From Squalus acanthias (taxonomy: Eukaryota): DNA of 64,000 nt. This document shows, one piece after another, positions 1 to 13,614 of the stretch. Within the stretch, counting starts at the first letter, position 1. Each line of letters opens with the position of its first letter. The DNA is taken from positions 138,508,001 through 138,572,000 of the forward strand of contig CM059429.1 of NCBI GenBank assembly GCA_030390025.1, read 5' to 3'. The notes below the pieces were generated by a model. That model was not told the DNA's origin and made no database searches. It saw nothing but the letters and a program-made list of their open reading frames with translations. Made by a program: the position numbers and the translations under genes.

Positions 1-448
1 GACCCGGGAGCGAAGTCGGGACCCGGGAGCGAGGACTGGACCCAGGAGCGAGGACGGGACCCAGGAGCGAGGACGGGACCCAGGAGCGAGGACGGGACCC
101 AGGAGCGAGGACGGGACCCAGGAGCGAGGACGGGACCCAGGAGCGAGGACGGGACCCAGGAGCGAGGACGGGACCCAGGAGCGAGGACGGGACCCAGGAG
201 CGAGGACGGGACCCAGGAGCGAGGACGGGGCCCAGGAGCGAGGACGGGGCCCAGGAGCGAGGACGGGGCCCAGGAGCGAGGACGGGGCCCAGGAGCGAGG
301 ACGGGGCCCAGGAGCGAGGACGGGACCAAGGAGCGAGGACGGGGCCCAGGAGCGAGGTCGGGGCCCAGGAGCGAGGTCGGGACCCGGGAGCAAGGACGAG
401 GCCCAGGAGCGAGGTCGAGGCCCAGGAGCGAGGTTGAGGCCCAGGAGT
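1..448. repeat. 19-bp GC-rich minisatellite (GGGACCCAGGAGCGAGGAC)n, runs off window start
   Basis: More than 20 near-perfect tandem copies are visible directly. Confidence 0.95.
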
Positions 449-569
449 GGCGCAGCATGGACCAGCAGCGGGGTCGGGAGGACCACACTGCAGCCTATGA
501 AACCCAGGCAGAGAGGACCTGCGGGAAGGAGGGAGGAGGACAGTAGGAATATGTTTGTGTGTGTGTGTG

Positions 570-2099
570 CTAGGCCGATGTAGCAGAGCCTGGTCTCCAA
601 TCGTCTTGGATCCCCTTGCCATTGGACCAAGAACTTGCTCTGTCAAGCCCGTGTGGTAGCTGGTGTGCAACGGCCACCCCACGTTAAAAGAATTCACGCA
701 CAGGCATCTTCCACCCTTTAAAATGAAGTTTGGGACCTGGAACGTCAGGACCCTCATGGACAACCCCAACAGTGACAGACCGGAACGCCGTACTGCTATC
801 GTTGCCCGGGAGCTCAGATGTTTCTACATAGACATTGCCGCCCTAAGTGAGACCCGGCGGGCAGGGGAAGGCCAGCTCAAGGAGCAAGGCGGTGGTTACA
901 CCTTCTTCTGGAAAGGCAAACCTGAAGAAGAACGCCGTCTCCATGGGGTAGGCTTCGCCATAAAAAATGAGCTAGTTGAACGTCTCAGAGACTCCCCTTG
1001 TGGAATAAACGAATGCCTCATGACTCTACGGCTCACCCTAGCCCAGAACCAGTGCGCTACGGTCATCAGTGCGTACGCCCCAACACTGGAAGCCACAGAC
1101 GAGACCAAAGAGGAATTCTACTCCAGCCTCGAACAATCCCTGTCCCGAGTCCCAATGGGCGACAAGCTGATCCTCCTTGGTGACTTCAACGCCAGAGTTA
1201 GAAAGGACACAGACCTCTGGGGAGGTGTGATCGGCAGAGAGGGGGTAGAGAAAGCCAACTCCAACGGTACCCTCCTCCTAATGAAATGCTTAGAACATGG
1301 CCTTGTCATAACCAACACCTTGTTCTGTCAGAGAGACAAGTACAAGGCTTCATGGCAACACCCTCGCTCCAAGCACTGGTATCTGCTGGACTACGTCATC
1401 GTCCGAGCAAGGGACCGCAAGGACGTCCGCATCACCCGCGCCATGACAGGAGCTGAGGACTGCTGGACTACCTACCGCCTCATCCGCTCTGTCATCTCCA
1501 TCAACATAGCCCCAAAACAACAGCGGCAACAGAAGCAATGCCGCAGGAAAATCAACGCTGGAGCACTCAAAGACCCTGCTAAGAAAGCCCTATTCAGCCT
1601 GCACCTCACAACCAAATTGACGACTCCCAGTGATTCAGAGACACAGAGTGTCCACAGTGCCTGGTCTGCACTCAAGGCCTCCATAATCAGCACCTGTGAA
1701 GAGACGCTCGGTCACTCGACCAGGAAACACCAAGACTGGTTCGACGAGAACGACCAGGAGATCCAGGAGCTAATAAGCCACAAGCGCAAGGCATTCCTGA
1801 TCTGGAAACAGCAACAGAACTCGAGAGCAAGAAAGCAGCTCTACAGACGCCTGAAGGCCAAAGTCCAACAAAAAACACGCGACCTAAAGAACAGATGGTG
1901 GGTGGAGAAAGCGCAGGAGATCCAGCAGCTAGCCGACAACCACGACGTGCGTGGATTCTTTAGCGCAGTCAAGACCACCTACGGTCCAAGCACCCAAGGT
2001 CCTACCCCACTGCGGGCCAAGAACGGAGAGGTACTCATCAAGGACAGAGAGGCAGTCAGTGCCTGCTGGAAGGAGCACTTTGAAGATCTCCTTAACTGA
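570..2099 (+). mobile_element. RTE-clade LINE, 5' part only (5' UTR plus APE endonuclease; RT absent)
   Basis: ORF 663-2099 has RTE-type APE motifs GTWNVRTL, ALSETR, GYTFFWKG, ISAYAPT, LLGDFNA, LLDYVIV and ends at WKEHFEDLLN. The sequence after 2099 is unrelated. Confidence 0.9.
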
Positions 2100-2179
2100 T
2101 TAAAACATAATGCAAGCATGACAGCAGAAAAGGTCATTTGGGTCAGGTGACCCATTCCTTTAACTGAAATGTATGCATT

Positions 2180-3240
2180 TACAAGATCACAAGATAGTTT
2201 CAGATACGGAAGGCCGTTTGGTCCATCTTAGTTCATTCATACAGAATGATCCTAACATCACCCCATTGCAGCATCTAAATTGTTTCTTCAAAGATTCCAC
2301 AGTTTTTGCCTCCAGTACTCTTCCAGAATGCTTTTCCAAATGTTGATCATTCTGCATAAAGAAGAATTTCCTGACATCAGTTGTAAATTTTCTTTTTAGT
2401 ATTTGAATCTATGTGCAATTGTCCTACTTTCACAACTTAACTTAAATGAATATTCTAGATTTACCTTTTCCATTCCTTTAACTATCTTATAAACCTCTAT
2501 AAGGTCTCCTGTTAGACACTCCCTTTCCAGGCTAGAAATCCCAAGTTTCTCCAGTCTCAGCCTCATACTCATACTCAGAACTCTGTCACTAAAGATCAGC
2601 CTTGTGGATCTTCTCTGCATTTAGCATTTTGTGCTTGATTGTCTCCCTTGTGTTTCCGCAACCAGGGCTGTCGACAGTAGTCAACGTGTGGTCTCATCAA
2701 AGCACACTACAGTTTGGTCACAACCTCCTCTAACATGCATTCTATTGTTTTGGTTGTATAGTTTAACACACTATTGGTTTTATTACTTGCCGCTCTGCAT
2801 TGGTTGGACATGTATAGTGTCAAGTCTACTAAGACTCCTATGTCTCTTTTGGCTTTATCCATGGAGTACGTGTGTCGCTTATTTTTTTCTTCCTATGTCC
2901 AGTGCTTTACATTTATCTGCATTTAATTTAATTTGCCATTGTTTTGCCCACAAATATAATTTATGCAACTTGTTCAGTAATTTTTGAGCTGCCTCCTCTG
3001 AGTCTTCTGTCATTCCTAGTTTAGTTTCATCTACAAATTTGAACACTTTGCATTGAGAATCCAAATTCAAATCATTTATGTAAATTAGAAATGATAGCAT
3101 TCTCACCACTGAGCCCTGGGACACCCCGCCCAGTACTTCCCCCCTCAACCCTGACATCACTCCTCTAAGACAAGATCTTGTTTTCTACCCTAAAGCTAAT
3201 TTTTTCATCCTGAATGTCACAAAATTTGGCACAGCCCACT
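2180..3240 (-). mobile_element. Old CR1 LINE 3' fragment
   Basis: Degenerate RT and C-terminal peptides (GVSQGSV..FLIYINDL, KFVDETKL, GDLIEVYKI). Confidence 0.8.
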
Positions 3241-4329
3241 CCTTGAGCTGCAGTATGGTCCAGCTGAAACCTATTTTTGCCATTCCTGTAAAATCGGTAC
3301 TTCAGTCTTATGTTGATTATCTGTTGAATAGATAAATTGCTTTATTTTTTAGATGAAACATTAACAGATTTTCTGTATATATTATTTATGTACTTGTGGT
3401 GAGCACAACAATGAAATTGAAATCCTGACAATTATCAAACTTGTCAAATATTTACTGCTGAAAGTTTGTTTCTGAATAATCAACATTCTTAAATCTCTTT
3501 TTTTACAGATGTTAATCACAAGTATGATTTTTTGGAAAGTAGGTGCATTATATTTTTTATTTAGTTTTCATTTCGTCATAGTAATTAACTTTGTAGATTT
3601 CTATTATCTATAATTCTTATCATAAATAATGTGGTGGATGGAAATTTCAGAACTGAGAAAGGGCAGGAATATTGGAGATGGGAAGGGACAAGGAGAACCC
3701 ACAGATTTGGAAAGGAAGGATCTCAGAGGCAAAGCAGACAGCAGTGAGGGAAATGGCCTCACCAACTGATTACACATAATCTGCAAATTGTGGGAAAATT
3801 GTCAATAACTCCCTTTGGAATAGTTGTTTTTTTATATTTACTAAGTGAGATATTACTCTTAGCAAAAAAATAATGTATGAAGATTGTAATCTTGTGATGG
3901 ACCTATGACCAACTCCCAATTCAGATAGAGCAAGTTACTGTGACCTGGACTAACTACAGATTGTCATTCTTCTCTAGTTTGCTCCAAATTATTACACCTG
4001 CAGAATTATATTTTATCCAATGTGGTTATCTTGCAGATTCCAGGACCATTCTGAATAAGCTCCTGTCAGTCATCCGTTACATTGTGTTTGTTCTGCTCTT
4101 GTGTTACTTCATAGTCATTGAAAAGTTCTACTAAGTCTGAAACCAAGGTATGTAAATGCACCATATTCAAAATTATGCCTCACACATTCAGGGGTTTTCA
4201 CTCCTTCATGTTAATTAATTTTAGTAATGTGTTATAGAACCTCCTTTCTCCATTTGAGGAAAAGGCTGAAAAAGGTCCTTTTCAATTTCTTCTGACACCC
4301 CATGGGATTTGACACCATCCTCCTCCATT

Positions 4330-4960
4330 ACCTTTCCTCTGTTATCTAGCTCTGTGAAACTGGCCTTCTGAGATTCCACTCCTACCAGCCAGCATATCTC
4401 CAGCAATGGCATTTATTCATGCTAACCTCTGGAGTTTCCCAAGGATCAATTCTTGTTCCCTTCCTCTTTCTCATCTACATGGTTCCTCTCTCAGTAACAT
4501 CATCCACAGGTGTGGGTCAGCTTTCATATGTATACTGACAACATCCAGATCTATCTCTCCACCACTTGCTCAACCTTGTCACCACTTCTATGTGGTCAGG
4601 CTGCATGTCTGACATTAAGTCCTGCATGGGTCACAATTTCCTCCAACTGAATATCTGAAAGACTGAAGCCATCAAGTTCACCCCAGAGTGGAGCTTCAAA
4701 CCTCAAATCCTATCCAACACCAAGACTATTCAATGTGCAGCATTGCTTCTCTCCGCTCTACCACACTCTCAATGCCAAAAAAAACTCAGTCGAGCTTTTG
4801 TCATCTTTGTATTTGATTCCTTTAATGTTCTTCTTACTCGCCTCCTATTCTCTACCCTCTATAAACTCAGCTATCTGTATCCTGTCCTGTAGGGAGTCCT
4901 GCTCACCCACCGCCCCTTTCCTCACAAGCCCACATTAGTTCCCTGTCCTCCAAAATACTT
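4330..4960 (+). mobile_element. Degenerate L2 LINE RT fragment
   Basis: Resembles the L2 copy at 17571-19750 in the GVPQGS..LFLIY, YADD and LQLNI.KT regions. Confidence 0.6.
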
Positions 4961-5579
4961 ATTATATATTAAAAATGATGCATAGTCGCAATATTGAAAT
5001 GATGTTGTGCTGCACGTGTCGCTGTGAGTGTAACATCTAGCATTATGTGACTGTGACTCAACTGAACAAAAGAGTTCAGTTGAAGTAGTGCAAAGAAATG
5101 GACTTGCAGGGCAAAAGCAGAGGTGGAATGGCAGAGTAATGGACCAAACACTGGATACAGAAACTCTCTATAAGCACTGACACTGTATGTAGAAAAAACC
5201 CAAATCACGTTCAAACAAAGAATGCACATCCAGCCCTCACTGACAACTGACTCCCCCTCTCACTGACACCTTCCAATAATGCCCTCCCCCTCTGAGCAGA
5301 TTTTGAACAATTGGCCCCCACCATGAACAGTCTTTCAATAACTGGAATCCACGGAGCAGTTTTTACCCCCTCCCGCCCTCTACCTTTTCCTCCTTTCTCT
5401 CTTCACCCTCCTTCCTCTCCTTCCCTCCCCTCCAGCTCCTCACTCCTTGTTCTTCTCATCTCTTCCCTCCTCACTTGCTCCCTGCCCTTCTTCCACCCTG
5501 CCGTCTGCCACATTCTTGGTCTAATTCAATTATCCCCTGCCCTCTAACACTGCTTGACCTGAATAGTGCCCTTGGCAAG

Positions 5580-5690
5580 GAAAGAAAAAATAATTTGCAT
5601 TCATCTAGCGCCTTTCACTACTTCAGGACGTTGCAAAGCATTTCACAGTCAAAGAAGCACTTTTGAAGTTGTGCACTGCCTATTATGTCT
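5580..5690 (-). mobile_element. SacSINE1/Deu-SINE-like 3' end
   Basis: Reverse complement resembles the 15265-15370 SINE tail (TTCAAAAGT..GAAAGGCGCTA..AATGCAA). Confidence 0.6.
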
Positions 5691-5949
5691 GTAGGTGGTG
5701 CTATGATAGTTGTTTTTAATGGGTTGCCGAGTTTAAAATACCAATAAGCACCATCTGCTTGTCCATACTGTGTCCATGCAGTACTGCACTGTCATCACCA
5801 GGAGGAACTGCAACAACCAATGATTCCTTAGAGCTAAAGCACTGAGTAGAAGTCAGATCTGCAAGGTTCTTTGTAAACTGCGTCTATTTCTTTCTAGAAT
5901 AGTAAGTTCCAGTTTCCATTAAGGTCAAATCTCGGACCTCACCAGAACC

Positions 5950-7807
5950 GAGGGTTCCCACCCTCCCGCTTTGGGCAGGAGTCTACCGGAATGGGCGACT
6001 GGTCTCCCGAGAGCTGCTGCTGGTGGCTCGGGAGAAATGCTCCTTGTATGATCGGTTCATGCACGCACCGCACCCCGGCTGTCGTGACTTGCAACCAGAC
6101 CGCGTTGTCAGAGCCCGGCTGGTCTCGTTATTCGGACCGCACATCTTCATTACCGGCTGTGAAGGTGGCGGCATCAGCGCAACGAAAATCGCTTGGAAAC
6201 TCCGTGAGGCCTGAGAGCAACTGGGGGAGGGACAGAGAGAAACACAAACTGGGGGAGAGAGAAACACAAACTGGGGAGAGAGAGAGAGACATAAACTGGG
6301 GGAGAGAGAAACACAAACTGGGAGAGAGAGAGAGAAACACAAACTGGGAGAGAGAGAGAGATAGAAACACAAACTGGGAGAGAGAGAGAAAAACACAAAC
6401 GGGAGAGAGAGATAGAAACACAAACTGGGAGAGAGAGAGAAAAACACAAACTGGGGAGAGAGAGATAGAAACACAAACTGGGAGAGAGAGAGAAAAACAC
6501 AAACTGGGGGGAGAGAGAGAAAAACACAAACTGGGGGGAGAGAGAGAAAAACACAAACTGGGGGGAGAGAGAGAAAAACACAAACTGGGGGGAGAGAGAG
6601 AAAAACACAAACTGGGGGGAGAGAGAGAAAAACACAAACTGGGGGGAGAGAGAGAAAAACACAAACTGGGGAATGAGAGAGAGAAACACAAACTGGGGAA
6701 TGAGAGAGAGAAACACAAACTGGGGAATGAGAGAGAGAAACACAAACTGGGAGAGAGAGAGATAGAAACACAAACTGGGGGAGAGAGAGAAACAAACTGG
6801 GGGAGAGAGGAACACAAACTGGGGGAGAGAGAGAAACAAACTGGGGGAGAGAGGAACACAAACTGGGGGAGAGAGAAACACAAACTGGGAGAGAGAGAGA
6901 AACACAAACTGGGGAATGAGAGAGAGAGATAGAAACACAAACTGGGGGAGAGAGAGAAACAAACTGGGGGAGAGAGGAACACAAACTGGGGGAGAGAGAG
7001 AAACAAACTGGGGGAGAGAGGAACACAAACTGGGGGAGAGAGAGAGGAACACAAACTGGGGGTGGAGAGAGAGGAACACAAACTGGGAGTGGAGAGAGAG
7101 TGATAGAAACACAAACTGGGGAGAGGAACACAAACTGGGGGAGAGAGAGAGGAACACAAACTGGGGGTGGAGAGAGAAACACAAATTGGAGCAAGGTAGA
7201 GTTTATGTCGGATTGTGATGTGCGCTGTTGTACAATGTGTTTTGTTCCAGGAGTCAAGCAGCTTTGGTGCCTCTTGGGACTGAGCCTCATCTCCCTGAAG
7301 CTGGGCTTCACTGGTGGGGTGTGGGAGTCAGTGAATTAAATTAGGTTAAGTTTTTTTTTAATCACTTGCTGTATATTGTGAAAGTTCATAAAATTGTACA
7401 AAAACTTTAGTTAGAAGTTACTTATATCGATGATGTTTTGTTGAATCAGTGGTATTTACTTGATGTTTCTCATTACAGTCAATACTGTAGAAACATCACA
7501 GAAGTAGTTTTTATTTAAACATTGCTTATCCTTAAACCTCTCTATTATTTTGTGTCCTTTCTGTGATTTATAAACTATGTTAGTCATCTCACTATATAAA
7601 AAAAGTGAAATATTTTATTCGGGGCTTGATACTAAGACACTCAACTGAGGTAAATGCAATAACATTTGTAAACAGTGGACAAATGTCATGTGATCAAATG
7701 TCCTAATTAAGCATCACATGATCGGTGTCACGTGATCGAATGCCATGTGATCAAATGTGACATGATCAAATCTGCAGGAATACATCAAACAAAATTTGGC
7801 AACCCTA
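5950..7807. mobile_element. Non-autonomous hAT-like DNA element carrying a minisatellite
   Basis: Imperfect TIRs GAGGGTTCCCA / TGGCAACCCTA. 8-bp TSD-like flanks CCAGAACC (5942-5949) and TCAGAACA (7808-7815). Repeated subterminal CAYGTGATC-like motifs at 7683-7770. Confidence 0.55.
6216..7190. repeat. ~24-bp purine-rich minisatellite (GAGAGAGAAACACAAACTGGGG)n
   Basis: Directly visible; it explains the long low-complexity ORFs in this interval. Confidence 0.95.
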
Positions 7808-8099
7808 TCAGAACAATTCCCCACCACTGAGAGATCAAAATCGAACCTCCCAAGCTCCACTATCGAGAGCAAAATCAAGCCTCATCAGCAACTCCCCCCA
7901 CACTGAGAACAAAATCCTCTTCCCCCTTCTCCCTCCTGTTTGCTTTCTCTCCCTATACCCTCCACTTCCTCTCCCCTTCCCATTTCTCCCCTTCCTAACT
8001 CCCCCACCTGGACCCAATTATTCCCCCAACTTTTAACTCTGCTTGACCTATATACTGCCCTTGTCTTGCTTCCTCATATGCAGTGCCATGGGGAATCGA

Positions 8100-8450
8100 C
8101 TAGTTGAATTTAAAATTCTCATCCTCATCTTCCAAACCCTTGCACAGTCTTGCCCAGCCTACCTCTGCAACATGCTCTAGCCTTACATCTTCTCCTGCAC
8201 CCTTTGGTCCTCGTGCTCTGGCCCTCTGTGCTTCCCTTCATCCACCGTTGGCGGCAGAGCCTTCAGCTGCCTCGGCCTTACTTTCTGGAATTCCCCCTCT
8301 AATCCCTTTCATCTCTCGACTTCTCTCCTCACCTTTAAAAGCCTTTGTTAAAAACCTATCGTTTTGACCAAGCTTTTGGCCACTTCATGGCTCGTTAAGC
8401 AATGTTTTACAACATTAAAGGCACTCTATAAAGACAAACTGTTCTTCGTA
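8100..8450 (+). mobile_element. L2 LINE 3' end
   Basis: FKILILIFQ-like C-terminus and 3' UTR TTTTACAACATTAAAGGCACT, matching the reverse complement of the L2 end near 17571-17990. Confidence 0.7.
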
Positions 8451-9625
8451 ACATGTAATAAAGTGGTACTAGTGATGAAAATGTTACATGATCATTTACA
8501 GAAAGGATTTTCTTTGTACCTTCAGTAACAGAGAGGGCAATTTTAACCCGACCCACTCGTTGGAAACCGTAAGCAGTTAAAATTCAGCAGGTCACTGACC
8601 CACCTTGGAGACACTGGGAACTGACCTTCCACCATTGTCATCTCCGGAGCATTCACAGCAAGAGGGAGGTTGTTTCTAAGCTGTTGTATGTCTACATTAT
8701 TGCTTTCACTTACAACAGACTGTTCTTATCTTTATTAACCATCTAAGGAAATAGTACTCTTGATTTTATACACAGTGAATATTAAAATGATTTTTAAATG
8801 TTAGTGGCAAGTTCCATACTTGGAGAAACAAGCCTGGTAAACATGTTAATGATATGATGATGTCTACCTGTATATCTAACAGTATAATTACGTTACACAT
8901 TAATAATTTACATAAAAACTCATTTGATTTGGATTGGTATTGCTAATTAACTTTGGTGCATTGTAACTATACTAATTGTGAATAAATATTGGTGACGTCT
9001 GAGAGAAATTTTTCATTATGTTGTTTGTTAATTAAAGCATATTTATCTATTATAATTTTACCAAACAAACCTACAGCCAAATTAAAACATTTGCCATATT
9101 TTTTGTTACACATGCAAAATTATTGATAAAACATTAAATGGAGGGCATACTGCAATTTACAACCCAGGTACTCCGTACCCTAATAATTAATGAATGAGGG
9201 CAGCATTGTGAGTGGCATGGGTCCTTTTAATATATTGGGTTTATACCTTGGTGTGTCTTGTGGTAGTTACTTTCAATCAGGACACAGGTAGAAGTACTAT
9301 AATTGGGCTCAGCAATCCTCGGGAGAACGTTAGCCTATATTCCCACTCCTAATTGCTATCCACTGACCCCTGCTGAAAATATGTACAAATATAAGGTAAG
9401 GACAGGATCAAGCTCAGTTCTGATCTCATTCCTCCATAGTCGAATAACCTACCAACTAACACTCACAAATGAAACAACAGTTAGACAGAAGGGAAGCAAA
9501 GCTCCAACAAAGGGAAACAGAATACAAGGAAATTTACCAGCAAGTAGCACAAGGCCAAAAGAAATTAATACAAAGTGAAGAGGAACTACCACAGAAAGAG
9601 ATTTAGTATACCAATCTTCCCCAAA

Positions 9626-10221
9626 GGCCTGGAGTTTCCGCTCGATTAAACTGTTTTTTTAGGCACAATTCGCCCAATATCGGCATAACCAGCGCAAAAG
9701 ATCACGGAATTTTAAGCGCAAATTGCATTCAGTGCAAATTGAGATTCCGTGATCTTTTGCGCTGGTTTTAAAAACATTGTGCTAGAAGCAGGCCCTGCAA
9801 GAATACTAATGGATACATTTTGAAAGGTTTTGAATTTTAAAAAATTACTAAGGAACTGACTACTGTACCCCGTCTAACTAGAAAATAGTTTTGTATATTT
9901 TTTAAAAGTCATTTTCAGTCATTTAAAGTTGGGTTTCTCACAGGCGATGGATTTACACTGTGATTTAAAATGCTTACGGTTTGTGATAAACCCATTTTCT
10001 GCTGTATTCATCGAACTTTACCAACGTACCACTCTTAAATAGATCAAGGAATATTTTTTAAAGCAAAATTTTAAAAAATGTGCAGATTTTGTGTTCGGCG
10101 ATATGCAAATGAGTTTGAGAGGAAACTCGATGGGTAAAAAAAAACTTTTCAAAATGGGTGCAAATTTGGTTGCAATTTGTGGCCGTTTCGCCGATTGCGC
10201 CCAAAGCAGAAACTCTACCCC
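9626..10221. mobile_element. Harbinger-type MITE with internal 24-bp perfect inverted repeat
   Basis: Imperfect TIRs GGCCTGGAGTTTCCGCT / AGCAGAAACTCTACCCC with AAA on both sides. Internal AACCAGCGCAAAAGATCACGGAAT ... ATTCCGTGATCTTTTGCGCTGGTT. Confidence 0.6.
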
Positions 10222-13016
10222 AAATACTTAAACAGAAAGAGAAAAGAGGCAGAGTTTCCTCTTCAGCACTCAGTGAAAAGAGCCTGGCAGGGCCAAAGCT
10301 CTTATTGCAAATCTGGACACAAGCTGCTCATGATTTTCCATCTGTTAATGTTCATGGGTAGAAAATTATGGATAACTTGTGCCCAGATTCGCAATAAACA
10401 CTTCTGCCCTGCCAAGCTCTTAGTGTCAAGCTCTGAAGAGGAAATCCTGCCCTTCAGTGTGCCACTTTGACCCAAAGACTTAAACAGAAAAAGATAGTGC
10501 GCCAAAGTGTTTCAAAGATTTAATCAGAGAGAGGCGGAATGTAAGTATTTGAAATGGCAATTCCAGGTACAGAGAGAAGTGAAACTTGCTGATATCACAC
10601 TCAACTTATGCCAAATAGATGTCGAATCCAGTGAAGCACTGGAGGAAATTGAGGGTCTGAGATGTCAACTAGGACAGAGTGAAAGCAGTCCTGGATTTAT
10701 GGAGAGCGAAAGTAAGCTAACAAAAAAGAAAGCTAGAAACAGTTACTAGATGACTAGAGGACCAATAGGTGCACAGCCAAGGTGTGTGATTTCAGAATAG
10801 TGTCAGCAATCTGAATCAGGAACTGGCTGGCACTAAGTATTAAATACAGTTATTTAATAATCATCACTATCAGAGGGAACAAGTGTAGGAAGAGCTAGAA
10901 ATTGAAAATGCCCATATAGAAGAGGCACTGAAACAAACTGAGAGTGTATCTAATGAAGGGAGAAAGGAGAGTGTCCAATAGAGTTAGTGCACGGCAAATA
11001 TAGCTCGCTGTAGGGAGACCTAGGTTAGTGGAGAGAGATCAGTCCCGTCCAAGAGGGTGAATTTTGATTCTGCTGTACCCACTACTTTCGGTGAACCAGG
11101 ACATTGGAATAAACCAGTACAGAACTGAATTGGTTTATATTGAACCCCCTTCCAAAGGGAAGTTAGCACCTCCGAGAGGTAGGAGTTACAGTGCATACAG
11201 GATAGAGTTTAAGGCTTCTACCAGAAGCAGAAGCTACAATACCAGCAGCACAGAACTAAGGAACTCTATTTCTGTGCATTTAATGGTTTTTAACTTCCAT
11301 CTAGATCATCTAAGCCCTGTGCCTGCAGAAGATCAGGCTTGGTTTCTATCTCTGTGTCTGCTGCGGTTTTAATATGGATAGAAGAGAATCATGGTAATAA
11401 TGGAAGACCTATGGATTGCAGCATGAGTTAGTAAAAAGGAGAATATAAGGTCGGTGAGGCAACTAGGTGAGGCTTTCAAAATTATGTTTTGATAAAGTAC
11501 ACATAAACTGTTCCACTGGCAGGAGGTCTGTAACCAAAGGACACAGATTTAAAATAATTGGCAAAAAAGAGGGGAGATGAGGATAAAAGTTTGAATGCAA
11601 TGAGTTGTTATGATCGAGAATGCATTGCCTGAAAGGGCGGTGGAAGCGGATTAATATTCCCTTTCACAAGGGAATTGGACAAATACTTGAAATCAGTGGA
11701 AGTAGAAATCGGGAGAGATGTAAAACGGACTGCCTACTCACTATCATCCGTTTTACACTGTCGCACAAAGTCAAGATCTATCTCACGATGCGGGAATCGC
11801 TATACCTGGTAAAATTTTAATTTTGATCCACTTAAATTAGGCCATGACCATATTGTGTTGTATTGCCTTTTTGCATATCGCTGGAGTAAGTACGTTCTAT
11901 GCATTTAGATACAGTTAAAGCGGCCCTGACCAGTGTTCTACACCTCCGAGCCAAAACCAGCTTTCAGAAAGCTCAACGGCCCGGAACCTCGCCTGAGCGT
12001 TCTCCCCACTTACACCCGAACCTCCGAGTACTGTTCGTTGCTTATATTTCAGTCCTTTGATCGTAAGGAAATTAGCGCCACTTTACCTTCAATTTGTGCA
12101 GGATCGCAGTTTGTCTCCGGTATTAACAGCGGAGCTCACAGCAAAATATTGGCGAGGCAGCGAAGAGTGAAGATGAGGATGTATGGACGCCTTTTAGCTG
12201 GAGTGTAAGACAGAAATATTTCCGCTGGACAGGTTCGCCGATAAAGCAAATTGTGTTCACAAGTACATCCGTTAATTCAACCAGTTCTGAAGTTGATTTG
12301 TTCTCCTGTATATGGACAAAATCCTTGAGCCGCTATCTTGATGAAATAAAAGATTTGTTTGGTAAAGTAAGAAATGTGTAATATTACAGTAACATCGAGC
12401 AATGATGTGTTTCAATATTAATATAAACCAGAGGAACACATTGAATGGCACAGTAAGATCGGGCCACTCTGCTTCCAGTTTCACTCACTTTAAATGATCT
12501 GCCTTCAGTTGCTCAAAGCCAGGACTGTGCTTACTGTTAGTGTAGATTATTTTAGGATAAATCAGCCTCCCCTTATGCCCCAAGTAACCCTTCCTGCAAC
12601 TTTAACTACAATAATAGTATTAGTAATAGTGTACAAAGAGAACGCAAGTCTTTCAAAGACAGCCCCCGGGATGTACCCATGAGTGAAACATCTCCACTGA
12701 AGAATGGAGGGACACGCCACAGAAAATGCAACTTTGTAACAGAAAGAAATCTGATCATTCACAGACACCCTGATCAACTCTCACAGGTAAAACAAGAGGG
12801 CAGAATTATGGGGAAAGTGACATGTTAACATTTGGGGTGGGAATGGAAGGTGGTGACAGGACGGAGTTCTAAAATCTAACACATTCTCGGCATTTATACA
12901 GTAGAAATAAAATCTTACTCCCACATATACGTGTCAGAATTACTTTGTCCTTTAACCAAGGTCGTCCTTCTGGGGTCAGAGAAGGTGTCATTCCTACACA
13001 GGCTCAGCCACGTGTA

Positions 13017-13614
13017 CTCTTCTGGTTGGGTGTTTAAACAAATGGACTGTAACTAATAAAACTTTAAAAGAACCTTAACAAATTAAATTAAAATTTCATT
13101 AGCCGGGGTGATGATGCACTCCAGTCCCCGCGGCGCCCACCGGTCGCGGAAAGCCTCAAGCGTGCCGGCGGACACCGCGTGCTCCATCTCAAGGGCCACC
13201 CGGGCACGAACATGGCCGCGGAAATGAGGCGGGCAATCGGGCCGAACGACCGCCCGCTGCCTGGACCAGTTAATGGCCACTTTGGCCAGGCCCAGTCCTA
13301 GGAGGAGTCAGCCACGTGTAACTCTTTTTGGTTGGACAGAACCCAAATTAACTGTAAATCAATTAAAACTTTAAATGAAACTTAATAAATCAAATTAAAA
13401 TTTGGTTGCGTGGGGTGACGATGCACTCCAGTCCCCGCGGCGCCCACCGGTCGCGGAAAAACTCAAGCGTGCCGGCGGACACCACGTGCTCCATCTCCAG
13501 GGCCACCCGGGCGCGAACATGGCCGCGGAAATGAGGCAGGCAATCGGGCCGAACGACCGCCCGCTGCCTGGACCAGTTAATGGCCACTTTGGCCAGGCCC
13601 AGTCCTAGGAGGAG
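13017..13614 (-). mobile_element. Two tandem Tx1-clade LINE 3' ends separated and flanked by three copies of TCAGCCACGTGTA
   Basis: Peptide GLAKVAINWSRQRAV..RARVALEMEHAVSAGTLEAFRDRWAP is typical of a Tx1 ORF2 C-terminus. The 13-bp repeat is at 13004-13016, 13308-13320 and 13615-13627. Confidence 0.8.

Noticed and set aside
1-448. Regular short repeats resembling a CRISPR array
   Set aside because: Head-to-tail units without unique spacers, in vertebrate DNA with no cas genes.
570-700. HDV-like ribozyme in the RTE 5' UTR
   Set aside because: Known for some RTEs, but I could only see simple hairpins and could not build the nested double pseudoknot by eye.
5983-7311. Several 300-440 aa ORFs on both strands
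   Set aside because: They are translations of the minisatellite, with no stop codons because of composition.
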